DNA from: the human T2T-CHM13v2.0 reference genome, Homo sapiens
Direction: 5' to 3' (one strand)
Length of the DNA stretch: 64,000 nucleotides
Assembly: GCF_009914755.1 (NCBI RefSeq)
Contig: NC_060925.1
Made by a program: the position numbers and the translations under genes. This document shows, in pieces, positions 16,881 through 33,344 of the stretch. The first letter of the stretch is position 1. The number at the start of each line of letters is the position of its first letter. Under the pieces are notes generated by a model that saw only the letters and a program-made list of their open reading frames with translations, did no database searches and was not told the DNA's origin.

Positions 16881-17056
16881 CTGTAAAATGTGGTGAAAGA
16901 TGGAATGGAAAACATAAATAAACGAGGAGGGAAATATAGAGCACAGATGAAAGGAAGGCTAAGCAAAAGTGAAATGGACATCATTCTTCAAAACGGCTAC
17001 TGTCAAATAAAAATCACAGTTATTGGTTCAGAGAAATAAGATGAATGAAAGGTTTA

Positions 17057-17260
<204 letters not shown>

Positions 17261-18318
17261 CTACATTGCAAAGGAAAAAATATCAGGCAATTGTGTTAGT
17301 GGCAAAATACTATTCACAAAGTGAGAACCATCTTAACTTTTACATAGTGTAAATGTTAAGAGATAAGAAATTAATGTTATTGATGAGTTATTTTTGTATT
17401 ACATAGAAGTATTATACTGTCTTATACAGAGTATAATAACATAGGAGTGACAAAGCACATTTCCTATGAGCAGAATAGTAGTTAGTATCACGAGAAAACA
17501 AAAAATTTGGAATAATAATTCAAACTCTTAATTATGGAATGTTAATTGAAACAGTAATTATGTACTTGGACATAGATGTCAAATATTCATTAATTTTGAT
17601 TTGTAAAAATTGCTATGCAATGTTTCTCTATAAGAGCGCTACAGTAATTTCAATGGGAATTTTAAATTAAGCTACATATCTAAAAATAAAAATGTAGAGA
17701 GTAGTCTTCCTAAGTATGAAAGGATTTTCATATCTATTGAGAGACGGGAAAGAGGGGAGGAGGGAAAGGGAATACAAAGAATATGAAATAAGTATATACT
17801 GTATTAAAATACTGTAACCAATGGGAAAATAAAATCTAAAATGTATTAAGAAATTCCTAATTTCCTTTAGACTTTCCTAAGATCAAAAAGAGCACAAAAT
17901 CCTTGTGAGACATTAAAAGATTCAAAATTAGATGTGCTTATAATTAATACATAATTTTAATATTTAAAATCACTGCCTTTTTCTCTATTAAAAAAGGCAT
18001 AACACTTAGCTTTCTTAAAATACTTATAATAAATTCACACTGGAAATAGTATTTTATACTAATTTCTTCTGTATTAAAAGATTTTAATTAAGGAGAGATA
18101 TGTTTCTTAATAGAGGGAGTTAAAAGACAATTGTACATATTAAATAATGAGCAAAATAGTGTGCTCAAATCCAAAGCTCAATATCTTTATAAAAATTTTA
18201 ATTTTCAATCAAGATATAGATATTATTAAACATAAGTTAAATTCAGTTTTTAATAAAAATAACTAAATACACTAAGTCATATGTAGCATAAAAAGCAGTA
18301 AACTCAACAAGTTAAAAC

Positions 18319-18322
<4 letters not shown>

Positions 18323-18370
<48 letters not shown>
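18323..18370. repeat. (TA)n microsatellite
   Basis: About 24 TA units. Confidence 0.95.
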
Positions 18371-18373
<3 letters not shown>

Positions 18374-18930
18374 TGCATGCCGGGGCAATTTATATATAAT
18401 TGCCTAGGGCAAACATATATGATAATACATATAATATGTATACTTAATATATATTTTCCAGGGGCAATCTACACATAATTCCTTAAGTAGTGTATTTGAT
18501 ACGATTCCAATTATGTCTCAACTGGATCTCTCTTTGCATTTTAACCATTCCCTTTTAATCTTCCAGCAAAAGAACTGTTGACCACAAATGTTTTAGAAAA
18601 TTGTGATCACAGTGCCTTCTAATAATAAGCTCTAGTAGCTTAAGAGGAGTTATGAATTACAAAAACAATAAGTAAATGCATAAAGGGCCAATTTTAAACC
18701 TGGACAACTTAAACGTATTTTAATTGAAATCTGCTATTCAAGGATATATACAGACCTGTACCAAAGTAGTCAATTTTATATCATTTTTTCTCTTATAGGA
18801 CAAATTATCTTCTAACTTTCATAATTCTGTCCTTTATTTAAACTCTCCAAATGTTGACTAACCAGGCTGGTTTTGAAATAATGGAGGAAATAACATGTTA
18901 ACTGCCCTAGACACTACAGCACATCTTTCT

Positions 18931-19261
18931 GTTTTTTGTTTGTTTGTTTTTTGTTTTGTTTTGTTTTGTTTTTGAGATGGAGTCGCGCTCTGTCGCCCAG
19001 GCTGGAGTGCAAGTGGCATGATCTCGGCTCACTGCAACCTCCACCTCCCGGGTTCAAGCGATTCTCTTGCCTCAGCCTCCTGAGTAGCTAGGATTACAGG
19101 CGCCTGACACCATGCCCGGCTAATTTTTTAAACATTTTTAGTAGAGAGAGGGTTTCACCAAGTTGGCCAGGCTGCTCTTGAACTCCTGACCTCAGGTGAT
19201 CCGCCCGCTTCGGCCTCCCAAATTGTTGGGATTACAGGCGTGAGTCACTGCGCCCAGCCGG
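18931..19261 (-). mobile_element. Alu (AluSx-like)
   Basis: TSD GCACATCTTTCT at 18919-18930 and 19262-19273; (TTTTG)n tail. Confidence 0.95.
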
Positions 19262-22002
19262 CACATCTTTCTTTTAGAGCTTATTCACTCCTGGTTCTCC
19301 TTTATCTGCACAGCTTCCTCCGTGTGGTGGTCATGAATATACTCAAGACATTGCTTAGTATATTCGCAATATATATACATTGCTACGTAAAGCCTCATAA
19401 CATATTTTTGGAGATAATTCTCTCCCCTCATTATGGAATTCTAAGGATGGCTTGAGACAAGTAGAGAAAAAAGAACTAGTTATAATCAATCAGACAAATA
19501 TATGCAAAAAGACAGGCAGTAATGGAATAATTTCAACTTTGTCGGTATTCTAACAGAAATTAGAGTAGGTTAGGAGAAAGGATCTTCCAGAAATGTCATA
19601 ATGTCTGTTCTTACATAATTTGTAAGAAAACTGGTGACATCAGTAAAAACCTGTGCATCTAATGAATGTATGATACATATTAAGTGAAAAGATAATATAT
19701 TTTGAAAAGCTAATTGTTTTGTAAATTCCTTTATAAAAGATTGTCACTTCATTTTCTGTTTTCATCCTTTTTTAAGAAAGAATATCAAAAGGAATCATAT
19801 AGATTTAACATCTAATTTTTTATAAGATAGGAAGATAATTTCACTTGATAAGAAAATCCCAACTCCATCATAATTTTAATATTAGCTTGTCACCTATTTA
19901 AATGGCACTGTGTAGGTTCAAATAAAATTAAAATGTGATGATATTATGATTAAATTAAAATCTGTCTACATTATAGATCTCTTTCTCCATGGTGATGGTT
20001 GTAAAGTTATGTCAAGCATATAACAATGTGAATCTTAAGAATAGATTAGGATATGCTACTTAGAGGATACTAAGTAGACAAAATTATAAGCTGAAAAAAG
20101 CATATCGGTTGACTTATAAAATAAATTGACATATTTATTAATCCAAATTAGAATAATAAACATGCAATGCCAGAAGTTTATTAGTGAACAAGTAAGTAAT
20201 ATAAAGTACATGTATGGCTGATGCTCCATATTGCACTTTATGTTCTTTATTCATTGGCAACCAACATTGCATTATTAATTTATATAGGTAGAACTTCTGA
20301 AGATGAATTATTTATATGCGTTATCATATAATGACATATTAATAGATATAGTTTAAAATTAATATAAGCACTACTTACTAATTCAATTAAGTAGTTTTTG
20401 ATGCTGGTATAGATGCTTATCTTATTATTGAAGGATCAACATAATTTAGAGTTAGAGAAAAAAGGGAAAGCTAATTCTTTCTTAAAGAAAAAACTTTTTC
20501 ATTATGACTTACTCAATCTAAAAAAAGGTAAAAATGCTATATATTATTGCATTACCCAACAAGATTGTCATGCAGTTTCTACTGTAACAATGTGCTGTTT
20601 TTCTCATCAAATGCTTCTAGTAAAACCAAGTTTGACATCTCAACAGAATGTTAAATATACATGTCAACAACTAAAATAGTAAATGGCAAGTTCATTTTTA
20701 AATGAACTTAAGAAGATGGATACAAATTACCTTGATAAAATAACAGCTTACCTGACATAATAGCATTACAACATGGGAACAAAACACCTCAAAGTGATAT
20801 ATTAAGAATGCAAACCTCCCTTCTTCCAAAAATCAGAGCCATATCTGTTGCTAAAAAGAATAATATGCCTTATCTTTCTTTATAAAGGAGCAAAACAGAT
20901 CTCATCAACCTTGAAAATATACAGTAAATGCTATAAATTTTAATATTAAGTCAGCACATAACCTCTTAGATATAAAAACACTAAACCTGATAATTATTTT
21001 ATCTATCACTTCAGAATTCACAGAAAACATATTTGGTGAATCATGAGAGAATAAAAAGAATGAAGTACATGATAACTGTGAAACAGGTAAATAAAATATC
21101 CCAGTAATTTATCTTTACACTCTCATATTTGCCTTCCTGTTAGGTTCTTAAAATTTTACCCTGTTTTTTAAACAAAAACTAACATTAAGTCATGGAAAAT
21201 ATCAGTGCAACAGAATTCATTATTAAACCTTAAAAAGTAAAGTAGTGTCAAAAACATACTTCTAGCATTGAAAGTGAAAAATCCGACCTGAATTCACATG
21301 CAGAACTAACAATTAAGATAAAAGATTTTGACCCATTGTAAACAGTAAAACTCAAATGGTGGCACCTAATAGTACATTTAAAAGGGAAGAAAAATACTAC
21401 CTGATTCATTTTTAGAACAGTTTTGATATTTTCAAATTTCTACTTCCTTTTTAAAACTCTAAGTCTTAAAAATTCAAAATCCAAAAAAAAAAAATCCAAA
21501 AATATAGTTTTGCTCCCAACTGAGGCTTAAATTCCTTCCATTTCACATGCTTTTAAATTTTCCTATGAGAAAATTTTTTTTAAAAACCCTCTAATTGTTC
21601 AACACAGCCTGAAAACTTTAAGATAGTTCTAATGTCACTTTCTCATTTGTATGCATTGCCAAAGGCCTAGGGAGATGGCATGTACACCAGAAAATATGTT
21701 ATTCTATCTTGAGGCTGTTAATTATTTAAATGCTAATGGTCGAAATATCGCTATTACATATTATCTTCTTCTCACCCCCTCCAAAATGGAATATGTGCAT
21801 ATACACAGTATACAAGTGAAGCACCATTATTGCTAATAAATTTATGTAATCAAATGCTTAAACAGCAAGAAAACAAGTACCAAATATATTCAAGTCACTT
21901 TTTCCTGGAAATATTACAACACAATTAAAATACAAAGCATAGCTTAATTAAAATGGAATAAATAAGTATAAGTTCAAAAACTGCACTGCTATGTCCATAT
22001 CA

Positions 22003-22212
<210 letters not shown>

Positions 22213-23744
22213 TTAGCATATTAAAGTACACATATACCAAAGCGAGATGTGGTTTATTTTTAAATATTTGAAGAAGAAAAATGACCTACTTATATTTCAA
22301 TGTTAAGAAGAGTCTTATAGGATTGAAAGAGAAACACCTATTTTACAAATCGGCTGTAAATATTAGGCTGTTATTCTATGTTATCTTCTGGCTCAGGAAA
22401 TCTATACTACATTCATTCATTTTTCAAAACTCAATTTTACTCCACTGGTAATTTATACTGCATGGTAAAGAACAAATAAAATGTGAGCAAAAGGCTAATT
22501 TTAAAAGTCAACACATTTTAAAAACTGTGCATATATAAAGACAGTAATGTAATAGTAATACTAAATAAGTAAAAAGCTCAATAAGCTTAAAAGGAATTAT
22601 TGTTAGGAAATTTATATGAAATTTTTAGAGTAAATATATAGATCCAACTATTATGTTCTGTTAGAAAAATTAGTATCAAAAGAAATCCCTACCTACAAAG
22701 ATGAATGAGAAATGAAGACACCAGAAAAATCCAGATTAAAAATAAAAAAAGCATGAGTTTGATGCATTTATATTAAGAAAAAAAAAAGTGTTCCTAAGGA
22801 TACATTAAACATCACCTATCAATAAATTTGTATGATTTCAATAAAATCAAAACATTAGTAATATTTAATAATAGAATTACCTAAAGAGTTTTAATTTCAA
22901 GAGCTTTTGGAAACTGCAAACAAGAGAAAAATCCAAATATTCTGCTCTTGACGTAATGTGGCTACTTCCATCTGGACTTTATTTCATCATGAAACTAATT
23001 TAATATAAATCTGTGTGTCATGACCATATTAATTCAGAATTACACTCAGGCCTAGAGTAATATCTGGGCTGATAGCCATTTAACTTGAGCATTCAATTCC
23101 CTGTAAGTTTGAGCACATAAATCTGATTCATAAAACTCCCGACTCCATATTTAATAACTTAAAAGTCATGCTAGCTTTCTTTGCATCTTATCAACAGGGA
23201 TTATTTAGAACTTGATAAAAATATGGAAATTAAATTACAAAAATCTTTAAAAATTAAAGAATGTGGAAATAATTCATTCTACATTTATACCACAATATTC
23301 ATTTTTTTATTAACAGATAATTATTGAGAAAGTATTATACACAAAATATTGAACCTGTGGGTGTAGAAACACATATTTGATATAATCTTTGCACTTTGGA
23401 GAGTGCAAATTAGTGGTTAAGAATATTTAAACTCTAGCATAAGGTGGAATAAAATTAATAACTTGAAAAGATATAATCAAATAGTGTAAGAAGTGCCAAG
23501 AAAGGAATAAGTTAATTAGTTAATTAGAATTGAGTATAAGTTATTTAATAAGAATTAAGATATTTAATCCTAGCAGGCAATTTCTTAGTAAATACTGTGG
23601 TTACTACCTGTGGTGTGGTTGGCACTTATTTTTATTTGTATCATTCTTTCTTCTGTCTAAAACTGTGTTCATTCTCACCCTTAGAATTAGGATTTATTTT
23701 TAAGGTTCAAAAATTTATATTTCTATGCTTACATTTCTCTTCTT

Positions 23745-26200
23745 TAAAAATAACAGTTATTGAGCTGTTCACACCGTTCACATATAAAATCAATTATAAT
23801 GGATTTAATTAATTCACATATAAAATCCATTCTTTTAAAATTTACAATACAGTGGGCTTAGTACAGCCACAGCCTTGTCCAACCATCACTACTAATTGCA
23901 GAAAAATTTCATGACACCTAAAAGTTACCCTGCAACCAGTGGCAGTCACTCTCTATCCTTCCCTTTTCCTGGCCCCTTGTAAAAATTGGGCATTTCACCT
24001 AAATTCAACCATACAACATGTGGCCTTTTTCAATTGGCTTCTTTCATTTATCATAATGTCTTCAAGATTGATCCACGTTGTACCATGTGTTAGTACTTCA
24101 TTCCTCTTTTCAAGTAACATTCCCTTTTATGGACATGCCGCAGTTTATCTATCAGTTTCTGGAAATTTGAGTTGTTTTTATTTATTATTTTGCTATTTGT
24201 TTTCTACGTTTTCTGCCTTTGTATTAATATTACGTTATTCTTCCATTACTGCCTTTTTTGAGTTGAATAGATATTTACTATTTTAAAATTTGACTTATCT
24301 TATGTTTTTACTATAGCCTTATAGGTTTCGTTAGTGGTTACTCTTAGAATTATTATTACTTTATTACAACCTTTTTCAAATTAATACTAACTTCATGTCA
24401 ATCCTACACAAAAATGTGATCTTATGTAGCTCTAATCCCTCCTCCCACCTTGTAGCTATTATTGTTGTATAAATTACATCTTTACATACTATGAGCCTAT
24501 CAACACAGTTTTATAATTATTGTTTTATGCAATTTTGTTTTTAATCTAAAAAGAGAAATATTATAAACAAGAACAATCTTTTATATTTACCTTTCCCAGA
24601 TAACTGTACCAGTGTTCTTTATTTGAGTTAGTGTCCAGTAATCTTCCATTTCAATCTGAGAGACTTTATATTTCTTGAAAGGGAACTTTATTAGTGAACA
24701 TTCTTTTAAATATGGGAATGTCTTAATTTTTCTTTGTTTTAAGAGTGGTGTCTTATTATGTTGCCCAAAGCTGGTATTGAAATCCTGGACTCCAGCTATC
24801 TTCCGACTTCAGCCTCCTAATTAGCTGGGTCTATAAGTGCATGCCACTGCACCTGGCTGTTTCCTTTGCGTTTGAGAGTCAGTTTTGCTGGCTATAAAAT
24901 TTTTAGATGAAGTCTTTCCCCCTACCCCCCAGAACTATGAATATGTTACCCTACTACTTCATGCCCTCCACAGTATATGGTAGGGAATCAGCTATTAATC
25001 TAAATGAGAATCCTTTATATGTTATCAGTCACTTCACTCTTGAAGTTTTGAAGATTCTCTCACAGTCTTTGTTTTTTGATGTTTGATTATGATGTATCTG
25101 GATGTAGATTTTACAAGTTTATCAGATTAAGTTGTTGAGAGTCTTGACCATGTAGATTAAGGTGTTTCATCAACTTTGAGAAGTGTTCAGTCATTACTTT
25201 GTTAAATATGTTTTCTGCCCTTACTTTTTCTGGGACTCCTATTATGCCTATTTTGGAATGTTCGGTGGTGTCCCGCACTGAGGCTGTCAACTTTTTTTAA
25301 TGTATTTTTCCCCCTTATTCTCATTGTAGATAATATCAACTGATTTGTCTTCAAGTACACTGATTCTTTATTTTGTCAGCTCAAATTCTTTGTTGAACTT
25401 CTCTAGTCAATTTTTCATTGTATGTTATACTTTTCAACTACAGTACTACAATTTAGTATTTTTAGTAGTATATATCTTTATTGCTACTTTCTATTTGGTA
25501 AGACAACATTGTTATACTTGCTGTTAGTTATTTAGTCATGTTTTTTACGTTTTTTTTAACATAACCATAATTGTTCATTTAATGTCTTTGTTGGGGAAGT
25601 CCAATGTCTGTGCTTCTTCAAGGACAGATCCTCTTAACTGTTTTGCTTTGCTTTTTACTTTGTATGGCACTTAATTTTCATTTTTTTTTTGTTGTCTCAT
25701 GATGTTGAAAGTATTTTTGTTGAAAGTTGAACATATTAAATAACAACCCTGAAATCAGATACTATCCTCCCCTTCCGCCAGGCCTACTGTTATTTTTCTT
25801 TGTAGTTGTTGGTGCTTGTTCATTTAGTGATTTCCTTGAAGTAATTCTCTAAGTAAGTAGTCTTTGCTGCCTGTGGCCAATGAGGTCTCTGGTTAGGTTA
25901 ATGATCAGTAAATGATTAGAGTGAGATTTCCTTAAATCTTGGAATTGAATGGAACCAATTAGTATCCCAAGAGACTTTCTGTGTGCCTTGGCAAACACTT
26001 TCAACACTCCTACAGTTTACAACACTGTCTTAGCTCTCACTTTTTGCTAGGTAGATCCTCAAAGTCAACCATATTTGAAATAGCAGGGCCTTCTCCTCAG
26101 GTCTTTCCTGGACAGTCACACAGGTATCCTAGATGATCAGATTAATGTTTGAGCCTTTCAAGTCTCCTTTTGGGCATCTCATTTTAAATCTTCTTTTTAG
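23745..26200 (-). mobile_element. Old L1M fragments (3' UTR piece plus ORF1/5'-region piece), interrupted by an Alu monomer fragment at about 24735-24858
   Basis: T-rich L1M-like text, e.g. CTTCTTTCATTTATCATAATGTCTTCAAGATTGATCCACGTTGTACC and TTTGATTATGATGTATCTGGATGTAG; monomer GCCTCCTAATTAGCTGGG. Confidence 0.7.
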
Positions 26201-27245
26201 TGTTTTAAGCTGATCCCCTTTTGATCCATATTTTGACATTTAAATTCTTATTGCCAACTACCTGTTAATCTTCATCTAGAATGTCTCATTATCACCACAA
26301 AAATGAGCAACATTACATCACAAAAATGACTCAAAAACACACATCCACTAATAAAAATTGTGCTGACATAAATGAAATATTATGTTTATTCATCTTCACG
26401 ATAAATTTTGTGGACTTCAGAAATATCTCCACTGATATCTCAGATTGTGCTATATTTATGCAAGTTTTTTACTCATTTTATTTAATCGTTTTTAATTCAT
26501 TCACTCTCTCAAATAGTGCTTTAAAAATACATGTAATATGCTAGTATGTCCTAGTAACACCCAAATAAGGAAACATCTTCTTTAATTTATGATGAAGCAT
26601 AACATAAAGCAGAAGTAGAAAATATTCATCTAGACAACCATATTTAAAATCATCATAAGTATTATTAGTACTTCTAAACTTGAAAATATTTATTTTTACA
26701 TGTCATGAAATAATATAAATAACTGATAATAAAATTAGTTTCTGAGTTTTGTAAATTATTTTTAAGTAGGAGCATCTCTAATATTGCCTAATACCTACTA
26801 ATTTTAAATAGACACATAGCAAATAAATACAAGTTCTTAAAATATACTGATAGTATTTCTCAAATTCCAACTGAACAATTCAGAACACTGAGTAACCATA
26901 CCTGAATTGTTATAAATGAAAAAAAGCAAAGAGAAATTTGAATACAAAATTATTAATATTTAAAACAAATAAGGAGGCACTATTGAGTACATGACAATAT
27001 GACTGAGTAATGGAATCACTGAGGGTTTTGATTACAAACTCTGCTTCCTAAATTTTCTCCTAGCTTTGCCATTAACTACTTGGAATTGTGCATCACTTAA
27101 TTTATCATTTGTAAAATGAATGCACTGAGAGATAATAGCTAAGTTCCTTTCCAGGGATAGAAATTCTAGAATGCCATACTTAATTATATACAAATTATAA
27201 TGAATCAAGTGAATCTATTGCTGAAAAACAAAAAAGTTGCTATCG

Positions 27246-27325
27246 TATATATATATATATATATATATATGATACTTATGTATATAAATATATATTATAT
27301 ATAATATAAATATATATCTATATAT
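27246..27325. repeat. (TA)n low-complexity tract
   Basis: Directly visible. Confidence 0.85.
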
Positions 27326-28167
27326 GCATCATGTATGTTTATAGTACTTTTAAATAATATATATTTTTAAATAATGCTGGTTTAAGTAGTTACTATTCTA
27401 TTTACAGTCCTAACTTGACTAAATGGAATCCTGCCAACTTTTCCAATATAAATTCTTATTTCAGGTGTTTAATAGTCATAAAATATACTAGAAAGAAACT
27501 GGAAAAATTCAATAAAAAACTTACAGTCCTATTTTTTCCCAGAAGGCATTTTACAGTGTTTTATGTTAATCGTATGACATGTTTTAAGACACTCTGTAAA
27601 CAAGCTCATTGTTACAGATTGAATGAACTATAAATATTTAGATTCAATAGTGCCATAAAAATTTTCACAGCTAAAAAAGGTAAAGTTATTGAGTAAAACT
27701 GGCATCTTTAGCATACAAGGCATCCTCCTCCTTTAATGGTCCACAAAACCAAGATTAAGGTACAGTTGATGCAATTACTTTGTGATCTCCAGCTGTGTCA
27801 ACTGGGTTTATACTATAGTGTTTGCCTATAGACAGTATGGGTATAGAGTGAAAGCAAATAAAATGTAAGAAAACTAAATAGAAACTGTCTACACAGATGA
27901 TGTTCTTGTGAATGTCACATGCATTGCAAAAGGATCTCACTATTTTTTTATCAAAATCAAATTATATAAGTAATAGCATACTTTTAAAACCAAACAAATA
28001 ATGCACATATGCTAACTTTTTTTGTTCATTTTTTTACTTTGGTTTGCATATATATAATTTTATATATATATATATAAAGTCTATATAAGGCATAGCTGTT
28101 TCAATTTTCTGTGCTATGAATGTAATTACATAATGGTCTATGAAATACACAAGTAAAGATACATTTA

Positions 28168-28170
<3 letters not shown>

Positions 28171-28201
<31 letters not shown>
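28171..28201. repeat. (TG)n microsatellite
   Basis: About 15 TG units. Confidence 0.95.
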
Positions 28202-28204
<3 letters not shown>

Positions 28205-29094
28205 GAATCACATTTATTGGAAAAGTATGGTAAATAATATTGGTCTAATGTCTTAAGGTCACATGTCAATGTGTTAGTGCTAAGGATCTGAATTTCAGAT
28301 TGAACTCCTTGTCTTATGTGAAGCCAACCAGTGATTGGTTTATGTTAGTTCTCAGCCTGAGCATCCACTGAATTGCACAGCAAAGCAGCTGCCTCTAGAG
28401 AATGAGCAATGAAAAACCAGCCTGTGATACTGTCTTGTTCAATTCCATCTGATTGAATAATGTGACTTGTAGATGGATTATGTGTTTGGACCTTAATAGG
28501 ATCACAAAAAAGGCAGAAGAAATTTAGATATAACTAAAACAGTTAATGCAGATGTTGAATCAGTGCTCAATTATAATTGAAAAATGATCTTCTCTCTTAA
28601 ATTTTAATCTAACAACTGGTGACTGCACAATTCCACAAGGCTTTCAATTCTACTCTGAATCTCACAAGATCTAAACTTTTAATATTAACATTTAAAGTTT
28701 TTTATTCTAAGAGAGCAATTTTTTGTAAGATCTGGAAAATAACACTGTAACGATTGACTATATACCTTATTGAACTACAGAAATATCTAAGATTAGATAT
28801 TTCATCTCCCTAAATGCTAGAGTAAATCACACAGCTATAATTTTGTTCCATAAAATCATCTAGATTCCAAATTTCTTATAGTTCATTCTTGTCTCCATTA
28901 ACTTGCAACATACAGGTATCTCAATGAGAATGAACATTTTCATGAAACGGTTCTTGGAAAAATCTTGATGATTTGTTAAAAGCAAATAGGAGTTAGCCTA
29001 ATGAAGGGGATGGAGGTAAAATAGCATTAAACATAAAAAGCATCTTAAACAAAACTTTTGAGGGATGAAACTGTATGACGAATTCAGAGACGTA

Positions 29095-29990
<896 letters not shown>

Positions 29991-30252
29991 TAGAATAATA
30001 ACTAACAGTCATTTCTGGAGTAAGGTCAGTTTATCACTTAAGACAGTGACTTTTATTTATTTTTGAACTGTATCTCTCCTATACCTGCAGACTATCAGAC
30101 TGCATCATTGAAACCAAACCAAGTTTCAAGAATCAATAATAATTGGCAGAAAATTTCCCTTTGATATGACAGTCCGTACTTCTTTCTGTAGCAATCTTAT
30201 ACCTATTTTTTTCATTGTTTATCAAGAACAGGATGAGCTTGCCCAGACTGAG

Positions 30253-30640
30253 TGCTAAGGGTTAAATTGTGTCCCCTCGAATTTGTATGTTGAAATCCTA
30301 ATTCCCAATACCTCACATTGTGACTGTATTTGGAGACAGGGTCTTTAAGAAGGTAATTAAGGTTAAACGAAGCCACTAGTATGGTCCTGATTGAATCTGA
30401 CTGGTCTCCTTTAAGAAAGGAGTAAGACACAAACACACACAGAGGAAAGACCATGTAAAGACACAGGGAGAAGACAACCATTTCCAAGCCAAGGCAAGAA
30501 CGCTCGGACAGAAGAAAACGACTCTGTCAACACCTGGATCTTGGACTGGTAGCCTCCAGAACTTTGAAAAAATAAGTTTCTGTTATTTAAGCCACTGAGG
30601 CTGTGGCAATTTATTATGGCAGCCCTAAAAAACTAATATA
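30253..30640 (+). mobile_element. MLT1B-like MaLR solo LTR
   Basis: TGCTAAGGGTTAAATTGTGTCCCC...GTATTTGGAGACAGGGTCTTT...TTATGGCAGCCCTAAAAAACTAATA. Confidence 0.85.
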
Positions 30641-33344
30641 AATCAGTTAATACTAGGGTTTCTTTTTATTCGTCTGAAGTTCTGTCTTTGTAACAGAGCA
30701 AAGGTCATTTCAATTGAAAAAAAATACAAAATGGATATTTGTTTATTTATAACAAAAGTAATAACTGACTATATCCAGGGTCCGGTATTAAGTAGATGCT
30801 GTAGAAATATTGGCTGATTTAATTTGGCAAGTAGCTAGAATACAGGGTAATCAGAAGTTATACACCTGACAGTATCATCATCATAGACACCCCTCAGTCC
30901 ACTGAAGAAAATAGAAAATAAGAAATGTAAAAAAGCATCATTCCAACTACAAATAAAGAATTTAAAGAGGACAAATTTTTAAGAAATATCCATAAAATAG
31001 TCTTATTTTTAAAATACATTTTATTGTGCTAGTAAAAGATTAAAATAATTTTGTTTGTATCATTAATTCCATCTTAATAAAGTTATATTGTAATCCTACT
31101 TCATGTCGACAATAGAAAACAAAAAATGCTAGAAAAACATACCCCTAATATTTGAACTATGTGTGTATACATTTATATATATTCCAATTATATATATTAT
31201 ATATAGACAGAGTTCAAATATATAGTTCAAAAAGTACATATTCTCATATTAATCTCAAAATATATATTAAAGTATATGTTCTGATAATCTCAGATTATAT
31301 ACTTTTTTGTATTCTTTGTTTCATTTTATCAGTTTATGTTAACATGAATCAAGACTAAACATGTTTAGTTCCTTGTTGATTTAAGGAAACTCTTATGTAA
31401 AAATTTAAATTACAATTCTAAAAAATACTTAGAGATGATTCTCAGATTACAAAAGGATTCTTCATATCAATGTTTCTTTAAATAATTAACATTTAAAATG
31501 TTACCACAGTTTGATCCCCCTCCCAAAATAAATTCATCTGATACATTTTAAAAACATTTGTTGTCCAAAATAATATGATTGAAATTAACATTTAAAATAC
31601 TAAAGAGGATTTTAAAACAAAATGAAAATCATTTTGAGACCTCTTTTTAAAAAATCAATTTGAGAAAAATTATTCATATGTAAGGAAACAAGTATGTAAT
31701 ATTTTTATTTTTCTTTAACTTTTATCATACATTTTACATAATATATTCAAAACATATAATTTCAATTTGTATTTAACATAAAAGCTATTAATTATTATTC
31801 CTACCATGTTTTTGAAAGATTATGTATATTTTACATTTAGAGCACATCTCAATTTGAATGCTAATTATTAATGATAAATTCTTAATCAGTATTTATTTTT
31901 AATGTGCTTTTTAATTTTTATATTTTTATTTTGAATTGACACATAATGATTAACTTTTATTTTAACACTTAGACTCAAAAGACAAGTTCATATAATTAAT
32001 ATCATTGTGAAGGTCAAATATGGCCTTTGCATTAGGTAGTACTTTCACTGCCTGTTTCACAGAGTTAGCATTAGAATTTGACATTTACATTTTATTTCAT
32101 AGTATTTAACTTGGCAGTAAATTTTAGATTTATTTTTAAAGTAATTGTTATTTTTGGAATATGAAAGAAATTATAGACTATTTTCACTATTTCATAAAGA
32201 GTTAACAGTTGAACTGACACGTTTATTCCTCCAACACAATACCAGATATTTGGGTATCAGCTTTTTACATATCAATTTTTAGCATCATCCTTTTTTTTTG
32301 GTGCCTGTTCTAAGTCCCTCAGAGAAAATACCTGTCAGAGAATAAAAATAAATAATTGGTAATTGCATTTCTATATATTTATTATTTTAATTTTATATAA
32401 AGTGGTACTATCCCAGAAATAACAGGTCTTTTAAAAATAGTCCCTTATTTTTGCTCTGTTGCAATCCTCTATAACAATGAATGATACATTCATTCTTTAG
32501 AGAATTGAAGTCTCTTTAAATCTAAATCGGCTACTTTATAAAGTATGTAATTCGGAGAGGACTTTTAAAGTATGCATATATATAATATAATCAGCATACC
32601 TTTATTTTTTCAAATTCTGAAACAAAAATTATGTTTTGGTGTCAAATGTGAAAACCTGTTTCCTCTACAAAATATAGTCAGTTTGTGCCTTGAACATGCA
32701 ATATCTGTTGAACAGTAAACGATGGAAGGCTTGCTCAAAATTGAAAGCGAGAATTCCCTACTGATATGGGTATATTTTGGAAAAACTGTATTTTGGTTGA
32801 AGGCAAAAACAATCTGTTATACAACATTGTTGTATAACAATATAGGTTCGTTATTTTAGGAAAAGCTATATTTTGTTCCCAAAACAAAATGTTTTCTTTT
32901 GTATGTATTATAACAAGTTAATAGGCTAAGATATATTATAAATAAGATAGTAATTATATTTCTCCTATAACTTTTAATTCTAACTTGTACAAGGATTTTA
33001 ACAGCCAGGTTACTTTGAGAATATTTGTCTTTGACTGTTTACCAATCATTCATCTATCAATTAATTCAATAAATATTTATGGAGGCAAAGTATCATGCCG
33101 ACACTATGAATAGGAGGAAAATAAACCTCCTCTCAAATACTTATAGACTGGTTATTCAGATTATTATACACAAATAAATAAGATATGAGACACATATTTC
33201 TTTACTACCTGCTATATTCCAATTATGAAGATATAAGAAATTTGAAATAACTTTCACCTGAGAAAATTAGAGGATTTATCTAGAATTTCCTGGCATAATT
33301 TATGTGAAAGTGGTCAGTTTTTCTTTTAAATAAAGGAATACTTG

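Noticed and set aside
18378-18490. GGCAATT-TATATAT-AATTGCC palindrome with a degenerate direct copy
   Set aside because: Embedded in a (TA)n slippage region; best explained as microsatellite-associated duplication.
27700-28520. Non-repetitive-looking stretches in intron 4 as possible cryptic exons or enhancers
   Set aside because: No convincing acceptor-donor pair or motif cluster by eye; needs conservation data.
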